From Planctomycetota bacterium (GTDB lineage: Bacteria > Planctomycetota > B15-G4 > JADJEK01): DNA of 47,909 nucleotides. Positions 37,293 to 45,714 of this stretch are shown in pieces. The DNA is taken from positions 1 through 47,909 of the forward strand of contig JBGAIQ010000044.1 in NCBI GenBank assembly GCA_044225365.1, written 5' to 3'. The stretch's first letter is position 1, and every line of letters starts with the position of its first letter. The position numbers and the translations under genes are program-made. The notes under the pieces were generated by a model. It made no database searches and was not told the DNA's origin. It worked only from the letters and a program-made list of their open reading frames with translations.

Positions 37293-38594
37293 TCAGCGAA
37301 GAACGATGGTCGCCGTCGGACTGGACAGGACTCCTCCGCCGTGCGCACCCGGGAAGTGTCCCTGGAGATAGAGCTCGACACCGTCGATCCCCGGAGACAA
37401 CCCGGAGCTCGGCAGCGCCGACGGGAGCTGCAGGACCCCGCTCTGCGGAAGGGGGCCGATCACGAGTGGAATCGCGGGGAGCGCGGGGAGGAGCGAGCCC
37501 TTCGAGGCGGGTATCCACACGAGCGAAGGCCCGAGAGACAGCAGCAGGACGAACACGTCGCCGCCCACGCCGTAGACGTCGAGCGTGGCGGTGCCGCCGA
37601 GATGGATCGGAGATTCGACCGAGACGCTGCGATACGTCTCGTCGAACGAGGAGATCGAACCCGAGACCTGTTGGATCGCGGTCCCCATGGATCCGCCCTG
37701 CGGCAAACAATTCGGCGGCGAGAATCCGGGCTGTCCGCCGGAGATCGTCGAATCGAGGCTCGTGAACTTTCCGCCGATCACGATCCCCGTTCCTCCGTCC
37801 TCACCGGGAAGGCAGGCCGTCGCGGTCGCGAGGTCGAGCGTGCCCGCGCCACCGAAACCGCCGAGGATCGTTGCGCCCGCAACGAACAGCGACCCGCTGT
37901 ACAGCAGCACGCCGGGACCGCCCGGTGTCGCCTTGTTGAACAGGAATCCCGTCAAGTCGTAGAGGAAAGCCGGATCGCCGTCGCCGCCCTGGAGGATCCC
38001 GCCGTAGACGCTGACCGTCGAGGTCGAAATCGCGAGTGCACTGCCCTTCGGATAGTTCACTCCGGGGTTCTCGTTCGTGATCGCGTGTCCGATCACGACC
38101 GGACGGACGAGGAGAACTCGCGCGCAGTTCGAGATTCGCACCATGGGCGAGTCGGTGATCGGCGGCGCAGAGTCGTATTGAGCGTTGACGTCTTCGAGAA
38201 CGATCGGTCCTTGATCGTTCGCGAGATCGATCGCCGGCACGTTTCCGAAACCGAGCACGCTCTTGATCCCGCGGACGATGACCTTCTGATTCGCCGCGAC
38301 GTTCGTCACGGTGATGGGTCCGACGCGAACCGTCTGACCGACGGCGGTCCCGGTCGGATTCCCGACGAGCGTCAGGCTCTTTCCCGAGATCGTGCTCGCG
38401 GACGGATAGTCGCCCGCTTCGATGAGGACGATGTCGCCCTCCGTGGCGGCGTCGATGGCCTGTTGAACGGTCGGATAGGAGCCGAGCGGCGGCTGGGTCG
38501 CATCGACGATGAGGACCTTTCCGCCCGCGAGGGCGCTCCCCATCACGAGGGCACTCCCCACCGCAGATCGAAGCATCGGTACGACGCAACGCAT
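37293..38594 (-). CDS. Secreted Gly-rich beta-helix-like protein with shared C-terminal domain
   Basis: RBS GGGAGA before ATG 38594, signal peptide, YPTVQQAIDAATEGDIVLIEAGDY, GGxG repeats. Confidence 0.78.
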   Translation of the reverse strand: MRCVVPMLRSAVGSALVMGSALAGGKVLIVDATQPPLGSYPTVQQAIDAATEGDIVLIEAGDYPSASTISGKSLTLVGNPTGTAVGQTVRVGPITVTNVAANQKVIVRGIKSVLGFGNVPAIDLANDQGPIVLEDVNAQYDSAPPITDSPMVRISNCARVLLVRPVVIGHAITNENPGVNYPKGSALAISTSTVSVYGGILQGGDGDPAFLYDLTGFLFNKATPGGPGVLLYSGSLFVAGATILGGFGGAGTLDLATATACLPGEDGGTGIVIGGKFTSLDSTISGGQPGFSPPNCLPQGGSMGTAIQQVSGSISSFDETYRSVSVESPIHLGGTATLDVYGVGGDVFVLLLSLGPSLVWIPASKGSLLPALPAIPLVIGPLPQSGVLQLPSALPSSGLSPGIDGVELYLQGHFPGAHGGGVLSSPTATIVLR

Positions 38595-38643
38595 GGATTC
38601 TCCCTCTCGCACCCAAAGGCGCAATCGCCGCTCGCGTGGGATC

Positions 38644-39075
38644 CTACCAGCTCTTGAAAACCTTCGCGAGGCTCTCGCCGAACACCGCGATCTCCCAAGC
38701 ATTCATCCATCCGAACGGCGTCACGTGAACGACGTAATCCGTCGATCGCAGGCGGTCGGCCATCTCGACGAGGAATTGTCGCGCGAGCGGCGCGTCCGCC
38801 GAATCGCCGCCGAGGTGCGTGAACGAGTGCAGTACGATCGTTCTCAGCTCCCGCTTGTTCGCGAGCCACTTCAAGTGCTTCAGGACGCCGCGAAAGACCG
38901 AGTCGTGGCGGTCCGTATCGAAGTCCGACTTCTCGGCGTGGACGAACGCGACGACCGCGTTCGCGACGGAGCTCCGCGGCAGCTCATCGCCGGGACGAAT
39001 CGCGTCGGCGTCGTCGCGCGTGCGTTCGTGGGGCTGCCAGGCGAATCGTTCGGCCTGGAACGCGAGCACCTTCAA
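38644..39075 (-). CDS. Free-standing archaeal-type threonyl-tRNA synthetase editing domain protein
   Basis: VVAFVHAEKSD, IVLHSFTHL, TPFGW, GESLAKVFK match the pattern of the archaeal ThrRS N-terminal domain (YPFAHL, APFGW, GHPLAE); 143 aa. Confidence 0.82.
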   Translation of the reverse strand: MKVLAFQAERFAWQPHERTRDDADAIRPGDELPRSSVANAVVAFVHAEKSDFDTDRHDSVFRGVLKHLKWLANKRELRTIVLHSFTHLGGDSADAPLARQFLVEMADRLRSTDYVVHVTPFGWMNAWEIAVFGESLAKVFKSW

Positions 39076-39082
39076 GGAGCGC

Positions 39083-40321
39083 TCACGTCACGTCGGGGCC
39101 AGCGAGCAGATTGACCGGCGCGACGCCGCGGAAGTCCGGCCGTCGCCGTGTGAAGAGGAGCTGGTCGCCGAGTTCCCCGCTTCGGCGGAATCCGCAGAGG
39201 TGGAAGACCTCGACGACGAAGTAGCGCGCGACGTCGCGATCGACGATGAAGGTGTCGGGTTGATCGGCTTTCACCGTGATGCCGGGGAGCATCGCGAGCA
39301 GCGCGTCGACGCGCAGTTTGCGGAACACTTTGGACAGGTGCAGCCAGAACTTCTTCACGGGTTCGACGACGAAGTAGCCGTCGTCACCCTGCTTCTGATA
39401 CAGCGGCATGAGGATCAACGCGTCGTGCGCGCTCTTCACTTCGCCCTGACGATCGTGCGCGAGGACTTCGCCCTTCTTGATCGGAACGAAGTTCGTGTAG
39501 CCGGGATTCATCACGTACTCGTCGTTCGGCCGAATCGCATGCCGATGGCAGACCTCGACGACGTGTGGGATCTCGCGAGTCTGGCGCGTGAGATGATCGA
39601 CGAATCGCGAGTAGTCCGGCACCTCGCTCTCGCGGAGGCTTCCCGCCGCCACGAGCGCGATCCAGATCGCCGCCTCGTCGTTGTCGATCGTATTCGGATC
39701 CTGGTTCTGACCGCCCTCGAAGACGACCGAGGTGTGACCGAGTCCGTCGAGGAACGACAGCATCGTTCCGACGATCGTTTCTTCCAGGCCGAGGATGACG
39801 GGCGCCGGGATCGCGAATGCGATGCGTCGATTGCGGAGCGTATCCGACATCGCGACGAACGGAGCGCCGCCCGCTGACGTCGAGTGGACATCGAGGAACA
39901 CCACCGGTTCCTTGGCCTCGGCGAACACGCCGAGGAAGATGCCCATCAGTTCGCGTTGCTCCGCGTCTTCGCTGTCGTCCTGCTGGGCGTCGCGACGTAG
40001 GAGTTCGGCGATCTTCGCGTTGGTCCAGCCGCGGTTGAGATCGCGCGTCACGAAGCGTTGATCGCGGGCGAGGGCGGCGAGATTGCCGCGCAGGCCGATG
40101 ACCTTGCCGCGCAGCGGGAGCCGGCCGTGGGTCAGCGTGTCGAACACCCGCTGCAGCGCGTAGGTGCCGGCGGGTTCGTTGCCGTGGAGACCCGCGGTGA
40201 TGACGACCGTCGGGCCAGGCTTGCCCTGCGAGTAAGAGCCGATTCGTCGTTCACGACGCTGTGAGGACTCGGAGGTCTTGGCGTCGGGGCTCGTCACGGG
40301 GGCTTCCGTCCGGTTGCGCAT
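39083..40321 (-). CDS. Succinylglutamate desuccinylase/aspartoacylase (M14-like) family protein
   Basis: GLHGNEPAG, RDLNR, LDVHSTS, FEGGQ, LMPLYQ. Start inferred at ATG 40321. Confidence 0.87.
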   Translation of the reverse strand: MRNRTEAPVTSPDAKTSESSQRRERRIGSYSQGKPGPTVVITAGLHGNEPAGTYALQRVFDTLTHGRLPLRGKVIGLRGNLAALARDQRFVTRDLNRGWTNAKIAELLRRDAQQDDSEDAEQRELMGIFLGVFAEAKEPVVFLDVHSTSAGGAPFVAMSDTLRNRRIAFAIPAPVILGLEETIVGTMLSFLDGLGHTSVVFEGGQNQDPNTIDNDEAAIWIALVAAGSLRESEVPDYSRFVDHLTRQTREIPHVVEVCHRHAIRPNDEYVMNPGYTNFVPIKKGEVLAHDRQGEVKSAHDALILMPLYQKQGDDGYFVVEPVKKFWLHLSKVFRKLRVDALLAMLPGITVKADQPDTFIVDRDVARYFVVEVFHLCGFRRSGELGDQLLFTRRRPDFRGVAPVNLLAGPDVT

Positions 40322-40444
40322 GATTTCGCAATCTACCATTCTGGGTCCGTCGTGCCGCGATTCGTCGAGGTGGCGATTCGTCGCAGCCGACTTCGAACGA
40401 TGCGCTTCGATGCTCACGCGGCGGGCCGGTTGCATCGAGGTGCT

Positions 40445-41107
40445 TCAGGCTCGCGCTCCGCGCCGCGCGAGCGCCGCGGCGTAGTCCTTCTCGTCGTCGA
40501 TGTCGGCGTAGAGTTCGGGATTCTTGAGATCGAGGTGGACGATGCGCGAAGGATCGCGGCGAAGGACGAGGTTCCCCGGTTCAGCATCGGAAAGCGCGCG
40601 GAATTCCGCGGCGAGCGCACGCGAGAACAGCGCGGGATGACCGCGTCTCTTGCCGTCGCCGGGGACGACGATCCGAGGTGAATTCATGCGTTCCTTCGCC
40701 TCGACGTAGCCGGCGACGAGCGCCTTCACGTCCGCGGCCTCGAAGAGCGGGACGTCGACCGGGCAGAGCAGGAACGCTTCGCTCGCGGCCTCGAGGTTCT
40801 GTAGACCGATTCGGATCGAACGGGTCTGACCTGCTTCGGTCTCGTTGTTGATCGCGGTCGTCACGCCCTCGAGATTGATCGCGCGGCGGACGGCGGAGCG
40901 GATCTCCGGAAGCACGACGACGATTCGCTGCACGCCGGCCTGTCGCAACACTCGCACGATCCTGGCGAGAGCGGGTTCGCCGTCGAAATCGAGGAGGCAC
41001 TTGTCGCGACCCATCCGGCGCGAGAGCCCGCCGGCAAGGACGATGGCGGTGACGTGGACCTCGAGCTTCCCGTGGCTCGCTGGGTTCTCATTGCGGGGTA
41101 GCGTCAT
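40445..41107 (-). CDS. MobA/MocA-like nucleotidyltransferase
   Basis: AIVLAGGLSRRMGRDKCLL, SIRIGL, CPVDVP, RGHPALF, DIDD. Confidence 0.87.
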   Translation of the reverse strand: MTLPRNENPASHGKLEVHVTAIVLAGGLSRRMGRDKCLLDFDGEPALARIVRVLRQAGVQRIVVVLPEIRSAVRRAINLEGVTTAINNETEAGQTRSIRIGLQNLEAASEAFLLCPVDVPLFEAADVKALVAGYVEAKERMNSPRIVVPGDGKRRGHPALFSRALAAEFRALSDAEPGNLVLRRDPSRIVHLDLKNPELYADIDDEKDYAAALARRGARA

Positions 41108-41148
41108 GTCGACGTCGTCTTCTTCGTTGCGAGAGCCTGCGATTCGAG

Positions 41149-41700
41149 TCAGGTGGATTCCCGGCTCGCGAGCCATTTCCGCAGGAGTGCGATCTGCCCG
41201 CGGTGATGGGCTTCGTGTTCCATGAGGTGAGTGATCGCCCAACGCGGCGTGGCGCGAGTTCCGTCGTTGAGTGGAATCTTGCAATCGGTATCGAGCGCTT
41301 CGTCCTTCAGCTTCCAGAACGCGGCTTCGGTCTTGGCGCGGACTTCATCGAGCTTCGCGGCGTAGAACTCGAACGGGCGGCCGGCGAGCGCTCGGCTCTC
41401 GGCAGTTCCGAGCCGCGCGGGCTTCAGCTCCGCATTCGCCTCGGCGAGCGTCACCGCGCCGAGGACCACGACCTGCAACCAGAACAGCTCGACGCCGGCG
41501 ATGTGATAGAGGAGCTGCGAGATCGTATTCTCGTAGCCGGGCAGGGCGACGTCGAGGTACGCGTTCGGCATGCCGTCGATGGCGCTGCGCGTCTCCTTGC
41601 GCACGAGTTCGAGCTGCGCGAAGAGGAGTCCGACCTCGCGGTCCATGCCAGCGGGGGAGTCGATGCTCTTGCGAGTGGGTGGGTCGTTCGTTTGTCCCAT
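41149..41700 (-). CDS. DinB/YfiT family metal-dependent protein (possible thiol S-transferase)
   Basis: NTISQLLYHIAGVE..W and HLMEHEAHHRGQI His triad. Confidence 0.87.
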   Translation of the reverse strand: MGQTNDPPTRKSIDSPAGMDREVGLLFAQLELVRKETRSAIDGMPNAYLDVALPGYENTISQLLYHIAGVELFWLQVVVLGAVTLAEANAELKPARLGTAESRALAGRPFEFYAAKLDEVRAKTEAAFWKLKDEALDTDCKIPLNDGTRATPRWAITHLMEHEAHHRGQIALLRKWLASREST

Positions 41701-41849
41701 GACGCGCTGACTCTATCATTCGCGTCTTGGATCGCGATCGCGGATTGGAACTCGATCGGGCGGAAGGTTCGTCGACTACGATTGTGCCGGTGCGGTCATT
41801 CCCGCTTTGGCTGTAACGGGCGACACGGTCGCGCAAAGAGAAGGGCAAC

Positions 41850-44276
41850 ATGGACAATGACCACATCCAATCGTTGCTGAAGTCCTTCTCCGCGACGCCC
41901 GCCGCGCTCGCCGAGCTGTTCGACACCGCCGCCCCCGAGTTGCTCGCCATCGCATGCCATCTGGTGCGCGACGACGCCCTGGCCGAGGACGTGCTGCAGA
42001 ATGCCTTCGTCGCCGTGATCGAATCGATCGAGCGCTACGACCCAAGGCAGTCCGGATCGGGGTGGCTCGTCGGAATCGTGACGAACGAGTCGCGATATCG
42101 TTTGCGACAGGCGCGGAGGACTTTGCCGCGGTCGAAACTCGAGGTCGAGCCGCAGGAGCAGGGGGACGAACCGATTCGCCTCGCGATCCGCGCCGAGGAA
42201 GGGGACGCGCTGCACGTCGCCGTCGACTCCCTTCCCGCCCGCTATCGATCCGTGGTGTCGCTCGCGCTCGCCGGAATCGCGTCGCCCGCCGAGATCGCGC
42301 ATCGGCTCGGTCGAAATGTCGCTGCCGTCCGCGTGCAGCTCCATCGCGGAATCCGAATGCTCCGCAGGGTGCTCCCGGCCGGCACGGCGATCGGGACGGG
42401 ACTGCTCGTGATCGAGAAGGAATCCCTGGCGGGAGTGAAGTCCGTCGTCATGGCCAGGTCCGCCGCGGTCGCAAAGGGGTCGCTCTTCGGAGGGGCCGGC
42501 ATGATGGTGAAGTGCGCGGCTCTGCTGGGCGCGTGCGGTGTCGCGGCCACGGTGATCCTGCATGCCTCGCGAGCGGATTCGGTTCCGCCGATGCCGACAT
42601 CGCCGGGCGGCATCGTCGTCGCGGAGGCGATGGGCGCGGAATTCGCCGAGCCGCCCTCGCCTGCGCAAGATCTCGGCGCGAATCGCCGGACCGAGAGCTC
42701 ATCCAGCAGAGCACCCGTTTCCGAAGGCGGCACGGCGATGGACGAACTCGGTTCGATCGTCGACCTGACCGTTCGCGAGCCGGTGGGCATCGACCTCGAA
42801 ACGGGAGCAACCGTTCCTCCGGCCGAAGCGGACGTCGTGGTCGTCCCCGGGGGGCGCATCGAACTCGGCAAGGGAATCGAATTCGCGGACCTCGACGATC
42901 GCGGATTCTCCGGCGACCTCGAGACGGCATCGCGCGCGGCCATCGTTTCGGCCGTCACGGGTTTCCAGCGCCAGAAGCTCCACTGGCGGTCCGGCGGGTC
43001 GGCATCGGATTCGATCGCCTTCGTCCGGACGCGCGACCAACGCGTCTTCATGTGCGCGTTCGTCGACAATCGGCGGAGGGACGGCGGATTCGAGTCGAGG
43101 ATCTTCCTGCGGAGGGTGCCGGCGGCGCCCGAGCCACCCGCAAATCCACGCGCCGACACCACCCACTCCAATGAAGCGAGCCGCGAGAGTCCAGCGGGTG
43201 TCGTGCTCGACCGTTCCCGGCTCTCACCGGATCCGGTCGGCGTGGAGATCGCGAGTCGAGAACGCGCGCTGCTCTCGGAGATCGACGCCGCGGCTCACGC
43301 CTACGAGGCCGCCGGCGCTGCGCCGGTCGGTTGGAAGATCCGCGGTTGTGCGTTTCGCGAGTTCGCGGCACGGGTCTCGATGAACCGTTACTTCGACTAC
43401 GTGGCGTCGACCTATTCTTTCGAGCTCGATACCCGCGACGACGTCAAGGCGACTCACAACGATTGGGATGTCGCGTTCGAGAATGACGGCGATCCGAGAC
43501 TCCGGATCCGGCTCGTCACCGACGATCGGAGTCGGGTATTCGATCTCGGCGACACGATCGGGGACATCGTCGATCCTGAATCGCTCGCGACGGCCGAGAG
43601 CTCGGACCGCGATCTCCCCATCGCGGCTCAGCACACCTACCTGATTCGGTCGCAGGACACGGACGAGGATCGCATCGATCTCTTGCGCATCGTCGGTCTT
43701 CGCGACGACCGTTATGTGATCTTCGCGTGGCTGCCCGTCTACGACGGCCGGAGCCACGAGCCGGGCAACGCCATGGTCGAGGGCATCCTGGCCGCGATCG
43801 ATGCGCCCAAGAAACGAATCGAGAACGGGACGGTCCACGTCCAGATGCGTGGGGGAGCGGGAGGAGGGAATCCGAACGAGGTGTTCCTCGATGGCAGCAA
43901 GAATGCCTACGTCGACGAAATCGTGGCCACTCCAATCGACTTGTCGGGAGCGATCGCCGATCACGAGCGACACCGCGCGTTCGTCGATGGGGGCGTGATC
44001 CCTCGCGACAAACTCTGGCGAGTGACCTGCGTGCGCTACAACGCGACGACCGACGGTGACTTCAATGGTCCAGGCGGATTCAGGGTTGAGATCGGCGGGA
44101 CGACGATCGTCGAGGCCGCGACCTCGATCACGCCGACCCAGGGAGTCTGGAACGGCGAGATCGTCCTGAAGCCGGGTGACGAATCCAAGTCCTTCGTCGA
44201 GATCCTGAATTCGAGCCGCTGCGATGTGACGATCGAAGGCGAGATGATCGCCGCTCGAACGGCGTCGAAGCCGTGA
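41850..44276 (+). CDS. ECF sigma factor fused to a TM segment and a large C-terminal extension
   Basis: LAEDVLQNAF, WLVGIVTN, LPARYRSVV..EIAHRLG..VRVQLHRG, then hydrophobic segment(s) and about 550 aa of unknown domain. Confidence 0.82.
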   Translation: MDNDHIQSLLKSFSATPAALAELFDTAAPELLAIACHLVRDDALAEDVLQNAFVAVIESIERYDPRQSGSGWLVGIVTNESRYRLRQARRTLPRSKLEVEPQEQGDEPIRLAIRAEEGDALHVAVDSLPARYRSVVSLALAGIASPAEIAHRLGRNVAAVRVQLHRGIRMLRRVLPAGTAIGTGLLVIEKESLAGVKSVVMARSAAVAKGSLFGGAGMMVKCAALLGACGVAATVILHASRADSVPPMPTSPGGIVVAEAMGAEFAEPPSPAQDLGANRRTESSSSRAPVSEGGTAMDELGSIVDLTVREPVGIDLETGATVPPAEADVVVVPGGRIELGKGIEFADLDDRGFSGDLETASRAAIVSAVTGFQRQKLHWRSGGSASDSIAFVRTRDQRVFMCAFVDNRRRDGGFESRIFLRRVPAAPEPPANPRADTTHSNEASRESPAGVVLDRSRLSPDPVGVEIASRERALLSEIDAAAHAYEAAGAAPVGWKIRGCAFREFAARVSMNRYFDYVASTYSFELDTRDDVKATHNDWDVAFENDGDPRLRIRLVTDDRSRVFDLGDTIGDIVDPESLATAESSDRDLPIAAQHTYLIRSQDTDEDRIDLLRIVGLRDDRYVIFAWLPVYDGRSHEPGNAMVEGILAAIDAPKKRIENGTVHVQMRGGAGGGNPNEVFLDGSKNAYVDEIVATPIDLSGAIADHERHRAFVDGGVIPRDKLWRVTCVRYNATTDGDFNGPGGFRVEIGGTTIVEAATSITPTQGVWNGEIVLKPGDESKSFVEILNSSRCDVTIEGEMIAARTASKP

Positions 44277-44295
44277 CGAAGGACGCTGCCTCTAT

Positions 44296-44640
44296 TCAGT
44301 GACCCGGTGAGATCGGCGCGAGCGGGGCCACTTTCGTCATCATGACGAGCAGGACGAGGCGGGCCGCGCTCGTGTTCTTCACGCCGTGGTCCATTCCCGC
44401 GGGGCAGACCGCGACGAGCCCCTTCGCGAGCCGTAGTTCGCGGTCGCCGATCACGACCGTGCCCTCGCCCTCCAGCGCGTAGTACACTTTGTCCGCGTCG
44501 TCGTGCTTGTGGGTCTTCTGCGCCTGGCCCGGTTCGAGGCCGTACACGTCGAGGAACATGCGCGGCGAGTCGTAGAGATTGGTCTTGCCGAGCTTGTCCG
44601 GATTGAACTTGGCGGCGGCGAGTGCGTCGATCGGGTTCAT
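44296..44640 (-). CDS. Cupin domain protein
   Basis: PGQAQKTHKH..YYALEGEG..PAGMDHGVKN. Confidence 0.85.
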   Translation of the reverse strand: MNPIDALAAAKFNPDKLGKTNLYDSPRMFLDVYGLEPGQAQKTHKHDDADKVYYALEGEGTVVIGDRELRLAKGLVAVCPAGMDHGVKNTSAARLVLLVMMTKVAPLAPISPGH

Positions 44641-44848
44641 CAGTCTTCCCTCGAAGATCGGCGGGAGCGGCGGAAAGCGGGTTTCGTCGCGACTCTACCG
44701 CGCGACGTCGTCCGATCGCAGCCTGCAATTCTCGATCGATCCGCGTTGCACCGCTGCGCAATCTCGGGCAGCGCTCACGTCGGAAGGCCATGGATTCCGA
44801 AATCCCCTGCATCGCCATTTCACGTTCAGGGCTAAGTTCGGCCACTCC

Positions 44849-45196
44849 ATGTCCACGCGCTCCGTCGTCACCATCCCGCTCGCCGATCTGCCTTCAGGCG
44901 GTCGTCGCATTGTCGTGATCGACGAAACGAGTGGGCTCGAGATCACACTGCTGCGCCAGGGCGAGAAGATCGTCGCGCTACGCAATCAGTGTCCGCATGC
45001 GAACGGCCGCCTCGGCGACGGCCGGATCGTCGGCGACTCGATCGAATGTCCGCTCCACAAGTGGACGTTTCACCTGGAATCCGGCTGTACGAAGCGGGAT
45101 CGGAAGCTGAAGGCGACGCTGTATGCGGCGCGCGTCGAGGACGGGAACGTCGTCGTCGACGTCGAGACTTCTGCCGGATTGGAGATTCGACGATGA
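44849..45196 (+). CDS. Rieske [2Fe-2S] ferredoxin
   Basis: NQCPHA and IECPLHKWTF motifs; 115 aa. Confidence 0.9.
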   Translation: MSTRSVVTIPLADLPSGGRRIVVIDETSGLEITLLRQGEKIVALRNQCPHANGRLGDGRIVGDSIECPLHKWTFHLESGCTKRDRKLKATLYAARVEDGNVVVDVETSAGLEIRR

Positions 45197-45489
45197 AGAG
45201 ATCCGCTGTTGCCGTTCGTTACGGCGCCCTCGCCTTCGTGATCACGTTGGCCGCGGCGATCGATGCGTTCAGTCAGGACAAGAGCGACGGCAAGAGCAAG
45301 GCGCTCGCCGACAAGATCGTGAGCGAGCAGCCGATCTCCCGCGGTGAGTTCTTCGCCGCGATGGAGAAGCGTGCCGCCGCGCAGGACAAGCGCTTCGACG
45401 CGATCGACAAGGCGCTTGCATCCCTCGAAGGCCGTCTCGCGAAGATCGAGGAACGGCTCGGGAAGGACGACAAGTCGGCGAAGCACTGA
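45193..45489 (+). CDS. Small exported coiled-coil protein
   Basis: ATGA overlap with the Rieske stop, RBS GGAG, signal peptide, heptad-like RFDAIDKALASLEGRLAKIEERL. Confidence 0.7.
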   Translation: MKRSAVAVRYGALAFVITLAAAIDAFSQDKSDGKSKALADKIVSEQPISRGEFFAAMEKRAAAQDKRFDAIDKALASLEGRLAKIEERLGKDDKSAKH

Positions 45490-45571
45490 TGCGTCGCAGA
45501 TCGCACGTTCGGCTCGAAGTCCCTATTCGGTCGCAGGAAGCGTTTGCTCGACTGACGGGTCGCGAATTCGG

Positions 45572-45580
45572 TGCTATCCT
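45572..45580 (+). promoter_or_regulatory. Extended -10 promoter (TGCTATCCT) upstream of the radical SAM gene
   Basis: TGnTAnnnT motif in the intergenic region. Confidence 0.45.
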
Positions 45581-45714
45581 TGGGCGCTCCGCCGTGGTCT
45601 CCCGGGTCGGGACGTCACGACGAAATCCCGATCGAGCCCGGCGAATCGTTCCACCTACGAATCGCTTCCGCAAGCAGAGTTCTCGCCCCCTAAACGCCTC
45701 ATGAGACGCGCAGC

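Noticed and set aside
45489-45704. 71-aa ORF as RiPP precursor for the radical SAM enzyme
   Set aside because: Arg-rich, atypical composition, overlaps the candidate promoter at 45572, and shows no leader/core pattern. Not strictly excluded.
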